Under the pieces are notes generated by a model. It made no database searches and was not told the origin of the DNA. It was given only the letters and a program-made list of their open reading frames with translations. A program made the position numbers and the translations under genes. Positions 1-9,255 of a DNA stretch of 64,000 bases are shown one piece after another. Location of the stretch: positions 1-64,000 of IMG/VR virus record IMGVR_UViG_3300024239_000011; one strand, given 5' to 3'. The stretch's first letter is position 1. Each line of letters starts with the position of its first letter.

Positions 1-408
1 CATGGTGTCGGTGTGCGGGCGGTTCAGACGCTCGACCAGTACCCCTATGCGCTTAGCACGGTCATCGGTCATGAACGGAAGATGCCCTTCACGCATCATG
101 ACGCTCATGCGGGCATCTTCGTTCCATTCGAACCAACTCAGGTCGTAGGGCGGGAGCGAGGACGGGAGGGAGCGTAGAAGAAAACGGGGATCGGCTGCTG
201 CCAAATAGCTGGCGCGCTCGACCAAGGAATCATCAATCAGGAACCTGCGGGCACGCCGAAGGTTGTTCGCCACCGGATGGAACATCGTGTCTTGCTCTTT
301 CGAAGACACGTCGAGCGCGTTCGCCAACTTCTCATACGGCTCCATTTTATCGTGCTTGATGCACGCATATGAGAGCATGTCATGCAAAAGAGGGGTGTCG
401 CGTTCCAT
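1..408 (-). CDS. hypothetical protein, runs off the window edge
   Basis: Open frame from ATG at 408 (MERDTPLLHDML...), AGGA upstream and a TTGACT-N17-TACTAT promoter near 440-465. Confidence 0.7.
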   Translation of the reverse strand, partial: MERDTPLLHDMLSYACIKHDKMEPYEKLANALDVSSKEQDTMFHPVANNLRRARRFLIDDSLVERASYLAAADPRFLLRSLPSSLPPYDLSWFEWNEDARMSVMMREGHLPFMTDDRAKRIGVLVERLNRPHTDTM

Positions 409-472
409 CACAGCTATCCTGTTTCCTAACCCAGGATAGTAAACATTTTGCTATAGAAAGTCAAGTATCTGA

Positions 473-784
473 TTAAATCTTCGCGAAGCCCATAAGCTGA
501 ATTTGCTGGACCAGCTTGGTGATCTGAACGCGGTTTTCTGGTTTCACCGTCTCGCCATATTTCCGTAGTTCGGTGACCACCGCGATCAATTTTTCGATCA
601 CATCTATGACATGCTGTTGGGGACCGAGGGTATGACCACGGGCAGGTACCCGCATGTAATCCTCAGTCCCGGCATCACGCACGCTCTTTGGTTGGATCAC
701 TTCAGCATCGGGCACTTCCCCCCGGTAAAAGGGAATGCCTAAGTTGTTTTCATTGACACTTTCAAAGAGTTCGCGCAGCAGCAT
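473..784 (-). CDS. hypothetical protein with capsid-targeting-like leader (MLLRELFES)
   Basis: ORF; GGAG RBS; N-terminus matches the leader shared by about 20 other ORFs here. Confidence 0.7.
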   Translation of the reverse strand: MLLRELFESVNENNLGIPFYRGEVPDAEVIQPKSVRDAGTEDYMRVPARGHTLGPQQHVIDVIEKLIAVVTELRKYGETVKPENRVQITKLVQQIQLMGFAKI

Positions 785-799
785 TAATCAACTCCTAAT

Positions 800-1915
800 T
801 TAGGCATCATTCTCATTGATGAACTTGGCGAACTCATCTTCCATATCACCGTTGATGAAGTCGTACATACACTCACCAAGGCGTTGCATTTTGGAAAGAC
901 TGGACTGTCGCATCATGTTGATGAATGCTGCGGCCAAATGGGAAACTTCGTTGTCAGTCAATCGGTTGGCACGGTTTTCCTTGATCTTGTCCAGCGCAGT
1001 CATGAATTCGTCGCTGGTGTTCTCGACAAGAATACCAATGCTTTCCTTGAGACGTTCAGTGCCTTCGATGACCGAACGACCACCCATTTCTTCCGGGGTC
1101 TGGTCAAAAAGCACGAGGAATTGATCGCGAATGTCTTGTTCAATCTGGCGAGCATCACGCCCTTCACCGTCAACCGCATTCACATAATCACGAACTGTAG
1201 TAAAGTCATTGGCGTCGATGTCGCTTTTGACTAATTCACACACTGCATTGATGTTTGTGTCGTATTCACTTTCAATAGGAGCTTCTTCATCCATGACCAT
1301 CGGGTTGTCAGCCATGTTGTTGGTGATTCGCAGAGCATTACGCCCCGACTCCGGACGACCTTTATAGTCATAGGCTTTGATATCAGACACCCGACTTTTA
1401 TAGTGGTTATGCCCATAATCGGCTTGAGCAGTTTCATTGACTTTTGTACCACCAGTGCTGGTGTCAAATTGAATATCAATCATATCGTCTGGTCCACATA
1501 CCTCAAATTCTACTGCACCCGTCCCAATCTGATGTTCCAACCAACCTTCGTTGGTCTGGGTATCGGCGTCACAACCGCAACCACAACCTGCCGAGCAACC
1601 ATTTGCACACGCACAAGAGTTGCCACCGGAGCAAGAAGACCCCGCGTCTACAATTTCCACTTCACCGTCTTGGATTTCTACCTCACCATCATTATTCACG
1701 GCAATTGCTGCCTGACGCATGGTCGGTTGATCGTCCATCTTCACGCCAGCCAATTCAAGCATACGGGACAGTTCATCCCAGTTCGTGGCGCTGACGGTTG
1801 TTGTGGTAGTGTAGTTCACAGTCGGAGTAAGTCCGGTGACTTCGGATTTTTGTGCAGTCTGATCAGTACCCGTGCGAGTAATCGTCAGATTAAGGGTGGT
1901 GCTGTCGGTCATCAC
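800..1915 (-). CDS. hypothetical late protein, possibly head/core associated; internal Cys-rich segment
   Basis: 371-aa ORF overlapping the upstream gene by 4 nt; in an operon downstream of a TAAATA box. Confidence 0.65.
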   Translation of the reverse strand: MMTDSTTLNLTITRTGTDQTAQKSEVTGLTPTVNYTTTTTVSATNWDELSRMLELAGVKMDDQPTMRQAAIAVNNDGEVEIQDGEVEIVDAGSSCSGGNSCACANGCSAGCGCGCDADTQTNEGWLEHQIGTGAVEFEVCGPDDMIDIQFDTSTGGTKVNETAQADYGHNHYKSRVSDIKAYDYKGRPESGRNALRITNNMADNPMVMDEEAPIESEYDTNINAVCELVKSDIDANDFTTVRDYVNAVDGEGRDARQIEQDIRDQFLVLFDQTPEEMGGRSVIEGTERLKESIGILVENTSDEFMTALDKIKENRANRLTDNEVSHLAAAFINMMRQSSLSKMQRLGECMYDFINGDMEDEFAKFINENDA

Positions 1916-2736
1916 TTCTTTCCTTTCTTCGCACGAATGCTACCGGTTGTTGCGGATACCTCTTTACGGTTTCCTTTATCGTCTTTAAAGATACCGGTGT
2001 AAGTTTTTTGGTCGTCATCAAAATTACCAGGATCGGCAATTCCGGCGTATGCATCAAAAGCATCACCCTCAAGACGTTCCCACCAAGGCACACTCTTCGG
2101 GGCACCTTCGATGTGCGTGTTGAAATCGTTTTCATCCGCGTTTTCGGGTTTTTTGTGATCGATGAAATTGAACAATTCCGGCGTATCCGGTTTGATTTGT
2201 TCGGGTTTGCGCGTTGCAGCTACTCGTGCTAGATAGTCAAGTAGCTGGCTATTGTGTTCATTACCAACGAAGGATGCTGCATCATCATTATTTTCTGATT
2301 TGTAGTAGCCGCTGGTGTTCAGTAAGCTTGAGCGGGACAATCCAGCTTTCTTAGCTTCCGCGTCAATGTCATGTAAGGCGTTTTGACGTTCAGCCTCTAC
2401 TTCCATTGGATCATTGTCAGTGCGTACCACTATTTGGTCTTCCGGTAGTTCAAGAACAGTACGTATTTCCTGCTGAAGGATATATGCGGATACTGGCAGA
2501 CCTGTGATAACATCCAAAATCCAAACTTCAGCGGCATCAAGCTTTTGAAAATCAAGTGGGTGACGTTGCATCATGGTTTTCTTTGGACGACCGATCTCAC
2601 GAAGGTCGTGCTTCATTAATAGGCGCTCAATCCGATCCAATCTCTCGTCATTGAGTTCGACTACCGTCTTAATGCGGTAATGGTATTCTCGGTCGGCGTT
2701 CGACACGTAATGCTTAAAAGATTTAATCTCTGGCAT
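1912..2736 (-). CDS. hypothetical late (probably virion-associated) protein
   Basis: 274-aa ORF; GAGGA RBS; ATAAATA at about 2765-2771 on the minus strand. Confidence 0.7.
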   Translation of the reverse strand: MPEIKSFKHYVSNADREYHYRIKTVVELNDERLDRIERLLMKHDLREIGRPKKTMMQRHPLDFQKLDAAEVWILDVITGLPVSAYILQQEIRTVLELPEDQIVVRTDNDPMEVEAERQNALHDIDAEAKKAGLSRSSLLNTSGYYKSENNDDAASFVGNEHNSQLLDYLARVAATRKPEQIKPDTPELFNFIDHKKPENADENDFNTHIEGAPKSVPWWERLEGDAFDAYAGIADPGNFDDDQKTYTGIFKDDKGNRKEVSATTGSIRAKKGKK

Positions 2737-2771
2737 GGTTATCCTCGATGCAGCATCTATCTGTGTATTTA

Positions 2772-3281
2772 TTACTTGTCCCTATTCATGAACTTTTCGA
2801 GTAATTCATTTCGGTCAGCAACCATTCCTCCTTCTCCGACAACAACTCCCTCTTGGGTATTACCCTTAAGCATATCAATGCGTTCTTGATCCTGTTTCAA
2901 TTTGATCAGGCGCATTCGTTTATCGATTTTGTCTTTACGAGCATTCATAGCAAGAGTAAGCATCTGAACGGCGCCCGCTACAAAAGCTTCAGCATTCTTG
3001 GGGTCTACATCGGTACTCAAGTCCATGAATGTCTTGTGGTGGGTGAATGCTTCGGTGGCAATTTCATCCATTTTTTGGTCATGCTCAGCAAGCATAAAGT
3101 CCTTAATTTCCAAACTAGTTAAATCTTTGGTACCTTTTATTGCTTTGGCGCATTCTTGTTTGGTTGCCGCTTCAATTTCAGCATCTACATCTTCAAAATC
3201 ATCTTCACCCTCAAGGTCAGCAAGAGCGTCACTTAGTTTGGGTAAGTTAAGCGTGTCTTCAATCCGGCTCATATATATCAC
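2772..3281 (-). CDS. putative terminase small subunit-like protein
   Basis: Helical 169-aa ORF ending GEGGMVADRNELLEKF, reminiscent of jumbo-phage TerS-like proteins; CTAAATA upstream; family call from memory. Confidence 0.4.
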   Translation of the reverse strand: MIYMSRIEDTLNLPKLSDALADLEGEDDFEDVDAEIEAATKQECAKAIKGTKDLTSLEIKDFMLAEHDQKMDEIATEAFTHHKTFMDLSTDVDPKNAEAFVAGAVQMLTLAMNARKDKIDKRMRLIKLKQDQERIDMLKGNTQEGVVVGEGGMVADRNELLEKFMNRDK

Positions 3282-3313
3282 CTCATACGTAGTGATATAT
3301 TTAGCGATCCTAC

Positions 3314-3342
3314 TTGACGGTTTCTGATTGCAACGCTAAGAT
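3314..3342 (+). promoter_or_regulatory. sigma70-like early promoter
   Basis: TTGACG-N17-TAAGAT heading the 3374-6938 run of small genes. Confidence 0.65.
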
Positions 3343-3373
3343 GCGTATAGAAATGATACACAGGATGCACATC

Positions 3374-4105
3374 ATGGATAAACAAACTCGTCCTGCGATC
3401 AGCAGCAGTGGAAATCCCATGCTCTGTCCGTGCTGCAAAAGCCCGTTGGTGATCACCGGGATGTCACTTCAGATTGATCGTCTGGAAGCCCTGGATGAAA
3501 ATGCCGAAGGTGCTATTCGTGACAAGGCGGAATGTATCAATCCCACGTGCTACGCTTATCGTCGGCTGTTTTGGTCGCTATCCGGGGAACTGTACGTCGT
3601 ATCCGGGAGCATGTCCGAGGACGATCAACGCACTTTCTATCAGATTTACCGGCAATGCACCGGGTCTGAAAAAGTCACGACGCCCTTCATAAACAACAAC
3701 ATGGCGCCGTTTGGTACCATCGAACGTGCTGTTCGTATCAATGATAAGAAGGATGAAAACCGCGATTTCTATTTGTTGGGCGGACGTTTCCGATTGGAAA
3801 TCAAATACCAATATACGGCGGATTATGACGGCGAGATCACGTCGCGGATTAGAAAGATTCGTTGGTGGAAACGCCAGGAAGATGGTATGTACGTCATGCA
3901 TACGTTTGGCATTCACATGATCTGGTTTGGAGTCAAACACACGTATTGGAACATGAAGCGTCTGCGCACCAATACCGAGTTGCCGCGCGACGAAATCAAG
4001 AAGCGTCTGTTGCGCGACCACGTGCAAATCCATCAGAATACCGATGGCTGGTGGCGCCGCCCGGTTGCCTTCATCAACCGCATGATCATTGAAAGGGGCG
4101 TGTAA
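3374..4105 (+). CDS. hypothetical protein with N-terminal CPCC/C motifs
   Basis: ORF; start moved to the ATG at 3374 (AGGA RBS, downstream of the promoter). Confidence 0.7.
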   Translation: MDKQTRPAISSSGNPMLCPCCKSPLVITGMSLQIDRLEALDENAEGAIRDKAECINPTCYAYRRLFWSLSGELYVVSGSMSEDDQRTFYQIYRQCTGSEKVTTPFINNNMAPFGTIERAVRINDKKDENRDFYLLGGRFRLEIKYQYTADYDGEITSRIRKIRWWKRQEDGMYVMHTFGIHMIWFGVKHTYWNMKRLRTNTELPRDEIKKRLLRDHVQIHQNTDGWWRRPVAFINRMIIERGV

Positions 4106-4536
4106 TGCCGCGCTTTCGTTACGTCATTATCGATGAGGACAATCGTCCGGTCAAAATCGAGACGGTCAAGACCGACAACGGTGCCTATGCCTGGAACGTT
4201 GCCGATCATCGGCGCCATGCGCTGTCCGACAGCACCGGTAAGACCTATCGGGTCGCCAGCGTCGAACTGGACACCAAGGTGGACATCACGATCAACGGGA
4301 TGATCGATGAAAAGGCGACCGCCTTAAATTACATTGCCTGGATCATCGCCGCCAAGGATGCCCTGGAAATGGTCGATCTGGTGATGCGGGACACGCCGAA
4401 CTTGGGTCTGGCGGATACCTTGCTGTCGAATTTGCGCCTGGGCGCCATCGAAGCCTGCGGCGGCAAGTTCTCGCCTTCGGTAATCGCGTTGGCGGAACGT
4501 CTGAGAGTGGAAGCAGGGGTAGAAAGCGATGCTTGA
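4105..4536 (+). CDS. hypothetical protein
   Basis: ORF translationally coupled (TAATG) to the upstream gene. Confidence 0.7.
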   Translation: MPRFRYVIIDEDNRPVKIETVKTDNGAYAWNVADHRRHALSDSTGKTYRVASVELDTKVDITINGMIDEKATALNYIAWIIAAKDALEMVDLVMRDTPNLGLADTLLSNLRLGAIEACGGKFSPSVIALAERLRVEAGVESDA

Positions 4537-4837
4537 GATCATCTACCGTGATCGGCTTGATACCCTTCGCCCCGATCCACGCAAAGCGACATACAAGAAA
4601 AACGATGATCTGGAATTTATTCCAATGTCAGTCGATACGGTACCGTTGCCCATGCTCCAAACCCAGTTGGGCAACGACAATCTGGAAATCGTTTCCGTCA
4701 AAGCAAATGATGTGGAATGGGTTACCCTTTCTCTTTTATTTCAAAACCTTCCGCTGCGTCATGATGGGTCGTTGGCAGTGCGCCAACATACGATTTGGCG
4801 CGGCGAAATGGCGCATTTTATCGTGGAGAACCTATGA
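4529..4837 (+). CDS. hypothetical protein
   Basis: ORF overlapping the previous stop; purine-rich RBS. Confidence 0.6.
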   Translation: MLEIIYRDRLDTLRPDPRKATYKKNDDLEFIPMSVDTVPLPMLQTQLGNDNLEIVSVKANDVEWVTLSLLFQNLPLRHDGSLAVRQHTIWRGEMAHFIVENL

Positions 4838-4840
4838 GCC

Positions 4841-5635
4841 ATGAATGATTCGTTAATCCAGTTCTATCGTGGTACCGGCACCGATAATGTCGGTCGCATG
4901 CTGGCGCAGATTATCGGGTTTACCGATGTCGAATTTGAGGGGTGCCATAATCACGTGCAGTGGCTTTTCCCGCTGCGTGAACGAAGCATGTTCAATCCGG
5001 TTGCCCCGCTGCTGGATGATGAGACGGTATTTCTATTTCGTACCGATGCCGAATTGCGCAAGGTGGTACGCGAAGTTTTCACCCGCGCTGTCAGATTCCT
5101 CGGTTTTGATTGGCAGGATGGTGATTTGGTCGGCAATCCGGTGCGTATTTCCGAATGGGCGCGACCGAATAATCACAATATTCTAAGAATTACTCGTATT
5201 CTTCGTTTTCTTAATACCATTGATATGCGGCGTCATGCGGAAGCCCTTTTTGAAGCGTTGCATGTTTATGTACCAAGTGATTTCAGTCGGAAGGGTGGGG
5301 TTTCCGCATGGTATTTCTGGCAGGATGCCATGTATTCGATGTTCATGGCAAATATCGAATATACCAACTCGTCCATGGAGCCGGGTACTGGTCGTGCAAC
5401 TCAAATTATTTTCCGAGCAGACAATCCCCAACACGCCGAAGATGAGGCTCAACGGTGGTGGGACGGCTGCCACCAGAGTTTACCGAACCACTTCGAGACG
5501 TTGAGTTGTATCAAAGTTTATCCATTTGGTGTCCATCGTCTGACCGTTAGCGGCGTGGCGGTGCCCAATACCAGTATGCCAACCTACGAATGGACGTGTG
5601 ATCGTGGCGTGTGCCATACCAGCAAGAGGGGTTAA
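4841..5635 (+). CDS. OGFr_N (opioid growth factor receptor-like) domain protein
   Basis: Motifs FY.G...D..GR.L, HNHVQWLFPL, FNPVAPLL, NHNILRITRIL. Confidence 0.75.
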   Translation: MNDSLIQFYRGTGTDNVGRMLAQIIGFTDVEFEGCHNHVQWLFPLRERSMFNPVAPLLDDETVFLFRTDAELRKVVREVFTRAVRFLGFDWQDGDLVGNPVRISEWARPNNHNILRITRILRFLNTIDMRRHAEALFEALHVYVPSDFSRKGGVSAWYFWQDAMYSMFMANIEYTNSSMEPGTGRATQIIFRADNPQHAEDEAQRWWDGCHQSLPNHFETLSCIKVYPFGVHRLTVSGVAVPNTSMPTYEWTCDRGVCHTSKRG

Positions 5636-5640
5636 GGGGA

Positions 5641-5931
5641 ATGGAAACACTTGTTGTTTTTGCGGCAATTTGGCCCACATTCATCGTGCCGAATCTGGAT
5701 GCCAACGCATGCGAAGCCATGACACAAAAAGTCAGTAATGCCTATACGGCATTGGCTGAAAACGTCGAGAAAACGGCATCCGAAGAAGAAGCGGCGGAAG
5801 CGTGGAGTTTCGTCATCCAATGCACCGACAGCAGCATGTCTCCTGCTGATGTTGATAGATTGTTGAGTGGTTTGAAGCGCGATCTAAAGAAATCACAGAT
5901 GGGCGCTACCAAGAAGAAGCTTGACGTATGA
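5641..5931 (+). CDS. hypothetical protein
   Basis: ORF with AAGGGGA RBS. Confidence 0.6.
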   Translation: METLVVFAAIWPTFIVPNLDANACEAMTQKVSNAYTALAENVEKTASEEEAAEAWSFVIQCTDSSMSPADVDRLLSGLKRDLKKSQMGATKKKLDV

Positions 5932-6116
5932 ACCCGGTCGTTCGTTTCTTCATCATCACCCTGGTGTTGATGTTAGTGGTATATGTCGGTGGGTTTTACC
6001 TGATGTACTGGCATCTACCCCCGACATGGGTGAAGCCGGTATTCGTCGGTTTGACCGTGCTGGTGATTATCACCATTTGCTGGTGTGTAAAGATGTTCAG
6101 TGAGGACAATCCCTGA
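5928..6116 (+). CDS. small two-TM membrane protein
   Basis: ATGA overlap; two hydrophobic segments. Confidence 0.65.
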   Translation: MNPVVRFFIITLVLMLVVYVGGFYLMYWHLPPTWVKPVFVGLTVLVIITICWCVKMFSEDNP

Positions 6117-6526
6117 TGAGCAAGAAGAATAGGAGCAATTTGCGTCGCGCTGAGATGATGGCTGACCATCTGCGGATGCTAGGGTTTGAACCAAGCACCG
6201 TCGATGAAGCACACGTTATCACATGGCGCGGCGGTACCTCCGAAGCTGCCAAGAAATTCTACGTCTGGGTGGATTACAGCAGTGATGTCGTCTGGTTAGG
6301 TATCATCGCCACGTTTGATCGGTGGGCGAATAGCCGCGACTATGAGTTTGAAGGCATTCCCGATGACGAAGATTTCTCGTTGCTCTTCGAGATTGCAGAA
6401 GAATGCCTAGCGAAAGGGTTGATGAAGAACGAAGATTGGACGCCGCGAAACCTCAACGAATTCTGGCGCAAGGCAAAGAAGAGTCGGTCACGTCGCGAGC
6501 ATGAAGCTGCGAGGATACATGATTGA
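6116..6526 (+). CDS. hypothetical protein
   Basis: TGATG coupling with the upstream gene. Confidence 0.7.
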   Translation: MSKKNRSNLRRAEMMADHLRMLGFEPSTVDEAHVITWRGGTSEAAKKFYVWVDYSSDVVWLGIIATFDRWANSRDYEFEGIPDDEDFSLLFEIAEECLAKGLMKNEDWTPRNLNEFWRKAKKSRSRREHEAARIHD

Positions 6527-6938
6527 AGAGATTCGGTACGGACTTCTGTGCAGAGTGAAGCATGCAGGGTGGAATCGGGTCATCAATACTGAGGACAATA
6601 TCGCACGTCTGACATCGGTGATTGCTGCCTACGCCAATTGCTCCGTTGGATTGGTTGAGTTTAATTATAACCAAGTAGAAAATCAGTGCTTCGGGGGTTT
6701 GTATGGTGATGCAGGGTTTGTATTTCTTGCAATGGCACGACTGCCATTGCAAGAAATACATGAACCGGTGGATTACCCCGGTGTCGGACCACTTACCACG
6801 TCATTGGTTTCCGCAGAGAATTTACTTACAGCGGTGATATGCCATGAGATTGCTCATGTGGTTCATCCCTTTGATGACCATGGGTCGCGGTGGCAAGAAA
6901 CATACAGGGATTTAAGACAGCATTTTGTGGGTACTTAG
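6519..6938 (+). CDS. SprT-like zincin metalloprotease
   Basis: TAVICHEIAH...HGSRWQETY (HExxH plus downstream H). Confidence 0.65.
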   Translation: MIEEIRYGLLCRVKHAGWNRVINTEDNIARLTSVIAAYANCSVGLVEFNYNQVENQCFGGLYGDAGFVFLAMARLPLQEIHEPVDYPGVGPLTTSLVSAENLLTAVICHEIAHVVHPFDDHGSRWQETYRDLRQHFVGT

Positions 6939-7294
6939 TTTTTATTCCAATACCGCCACCCCTGGAACCCCTTATGAGGTATTGGCGTCGTAAGTCTATT
7001 GAATGCACCTGACCGCTCGATAAAATCACCTGACCATCGTTGACCGGTGGTCGAACATATGAAATCCCCGGAGTGCGTCCCAACAATCTCCATCCAGCCA
7101 ATGATGTGCCCGTGATAGCACAGATAGCACCGTCCACCAATTACATTACGAGTGGGCAACCGTGCCACTTTGAACCGCATTACCTGTGACCGGTCAGCGA
7201 CCGTTGCAATTTCTTTTTCGTAGTCGTCCCAGGAAATGGTAGCCGGGATCGTAATGACAATATTGGATGGTGTTTCAATTTCTGTGATTTTCAT
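6935..7294 (-). CDS. leader-bearing protein (MKITEIE), possible ASCH/PUA-like fold
   Basis: ORF ending KGFQGWRY; ATAAATA 5 nt before the ATG. Confidence 0.6.
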   Translation of the reverse strand: MKITEIETPSNIVITIPATISWDDYEKEIATVADRSQVMRFKVARLPTRNVIGGRCYLCYHGHIIGWMEIVGTHSGDFICSTTGQRWSGDFIERSGAFNRLTTPIPHKGFQGWRYWNKN

Positions 7295-7338
7295 GACAGT
7301 ATTTATTTGTGTTACACTCTAATGTTAGGAGAGTAGAT

Positions 7339-7470
7339 ATGGATTATTTCATGTCCGCAGTGATTATTGTTGCCTTTGGGCTGATCGTCTGGGCTTTCCG
7401 TAAGTCCAACAAGAAAGGCTGTGGCTGTGACTGTGGTACCAATTGTACCAAGGGTTCGAACAAGGCGTAA
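7339..7470 (+). CDS. small Cys-rich membrane peptide (FeoB-associated-like)
   Basis: Hand translation MDYFMSAVIIVAFGLIVWAFRKSNKKGCGCDCGTNCTKGSNKA; AGGAGA RBS; followed by a terminator; absent from the ORF track. Confidence 0.6.
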   Translation: MDYFMSAVIIVAFGLIVWAFRKSNKKGCGCDCGTNCTKGSNKA

Positions 7471-7473
7471 GGA

Positions 7474-7500
7474 AAAAGCCGGGCATTGCCCGGCTTTTTC
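7474..7500. terminator. intrinsic terminator
   Basis: aaaaagccggg-catt-gcccggcttttt. Confidence 0.7.
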
Positions 7501-7570
7501 ATGCTATTGCCCCCAAACGATAGTCCCATCCTTCTGATGGTCGATGTATTTATGTCTATCAAGAAGATGT

Positions 7571-7578
7571 TATAAATA
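7571..7578 (+). promoter_or_regulatory. T4-late-like promoter TATAAATA
   Basis: Exact T4 late consensus, 5 nt before ATG 7584. Confidence 0.7.
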
Positions 7579-7583
7579 ATTCT

Positions 7584-8408
7584 ATGCGCTACCAAGACCT
7601 TCTACTTGAAACGGTTCAAGACCAAAAAAGAACAGAAATCAAACGTCTGTTGAACATGCTTCCTGTCAAATGGAAGGATGAAGATGGTAAAGAAGTATGG
7701 CGTGTTGAACCAAGTCAAATTGATCGCGTACTTGTGGGCAAGAGTGACGATGAACTTGATGATTGGATTGTTGGTATTACAACAACACTTGAATACCTCA
7801 AGCAAAACCCCAAAGCGGTGCTACCTGATCCGTTCGGCGGTTTGACCATAAAAGCCAAAACGACATTGAAGACCATCCTACCGCGCGTGGGTAATAGCTT
7901 CATGAAGTGGCTCAAGGAAATGTATGATCCTGCCGATCTGAAAGCCGCCCAGACAGATGAAAGCACCCTGCTGGACGGACTATCCGAATACCTTCGTGAT
8001 GAACAAAACATCACAGTGCGCGAGGATGGATTGATTGAGTTTTGGGGATTGGACGGAACCAAGCGAAAGATCATCGGTGATCTACCGGTTGTCTTGTTCC
8101 ACTACACTGCCAGTAAGGCGCTTAAATCGATCAAGCACCATGGTCTGTTGCCTGACCGCCCCAGTGTGAATTATCGCAAGGCGCCGGGCGTCTATTTAAC
8201 GACTGAGGGAAGCGGGAATGCAATTGATGGCTATGCCCGTAATGCCGAACAACGGATCGGTGGGTACGCGATCAAGCTTGAGGTGAAGTGCTACCTCCAC
8301 GAGCTTCAGTCTGATCCAGATGATGCCGACATTTCCAGCGGGCGCCATCAGTTCATGGTAAATCAGGTTCCCCCAGACCGAATTATCGGGTCTGATCGTT
8401 ATTTCTAA
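7584..8408 (+). CDS. leader-bearing protein with C-terminal ADP-ribosyltransferase-like domain
   Basis: MRYQDLLLET leader; LFHYT...SIKHHGLLP...GVYLTT ART-fold strands. Confidence 0.6.
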   Translation: MRYQDLLLETVQDQKRTEIKRLLNMLPVKWKDEDGKEVWRVEPSQIDRVLVGKSDDELDDWIVGITTTLEYLKQNPKAVLPDPFGGLTIKAKTTLKTILPRVGNSFMKWLKEMYDPADLKAAQTDESTLLDGLSEYLRDEQNITVREDGLIEFWGLDGTKRKIIGDLPVVLFHYTASKALKSIKHHGLLPDRPSVNYRKAPGVYLTTEGSGNAIDGYARNAEQRIGGYAIKLEVKCYLHELQSDPDDADISSGRHQFMVNQVPPDRIIGSDRYF

Positions 8409-9130
8409 ACCAGCGCCTCGAAGAGTGGTTTGTGCAGTGGGTGGACACTGAAATAATGGCAAAGTAGATGCCGTTGATGTTCTGAAGTCATATCTGGACA
8501 TTTGGCGAGAAGCCGCATTACTTCAACCAAAATTTCCGGCTTAATGGCACCGTCAGGAGTCAACAGAGCCACCGACCGGAAATACCAGCCATAGTAGGCA
8601 CTGAAATCCAACCCGCCCATATGATCAATGTGAGACTGTCGCAGCCATAGGTACTGCTCACGGGTGCAGGGGTTTTTCTTGAATTCGTCGGTGGTCTGAA
8701 AACGCTTCCAGAGGGCTTCATTGCTTTCGTCCTCGGTTTTCGCGAAGAGGATGGTATCAAAGGTTTCCCAGCGAACCAGCAGTTCCCCGACGTTGATTTC
8801 AACTGTGTCCACCGCGTTTAAATCAAGTCCGGTGGTGTCCTTGGTTTCGTGGTCAATCAGGACTTCGTACATGGGCAGCGAATATTCCAGATCAACAGTC
8901 GAGCAGATGTCGGTGAAATCGTCAGCCGTAAACGGCGCTGTTTGTTTGGCTTCGGTGAGGACCACATCACCAACCGTCAGCTTGAGAATTTTGCGATTGT
9001 AATGGTCGCACAGTTTGTCGCTAATCGCATGGCGCTTGGTTTTGGTAAACACACGGGTCACTGTGATTTGCATGGTGAGGTCGGCGGCAATCAAGCCGGT
9101 CTTCTCGATCCATTCCACCAGCGTTTTCAT
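8405..9130 (-). CDS. hypothetical protein
   Basis: ORF; start moved to MKTLVEW at 9130 (AGGAA RBS). Confidence 0.7.
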   Translation of the reverse strand: MKTLVEWIEKTGLIAADLTMQITVTRVFTKTKRHAISDKLCDHYNRKILKLTVGDVVLTEAKQTAPFTADDFTDICSTVDLEYSLPMYEVLIDHETKDTTGLDLNAVDTVEINVGELLVRWETFDTILFAKTEDESNEALWKRFQTTDEFKKNPCTREQYLWLRQSHIDHMGGLDFSAYYGWYFRSVALLTPDGAIKPEILVEVMRLLAKCPDMTSEHQRHLLCHYFSVHPLHKPLFEALV

Positions 9131-9255
9131 AGCGTTTCCTTCATGTGATTGGGTTATATTATCATTCCAACCTAAAATTGTCAAGATTGGACAAAGGATT
9201 TCCTTGTCCGATTGCGAGTTGTAAGGCATATTTGCGGTAACGTTTCGATATCTGA

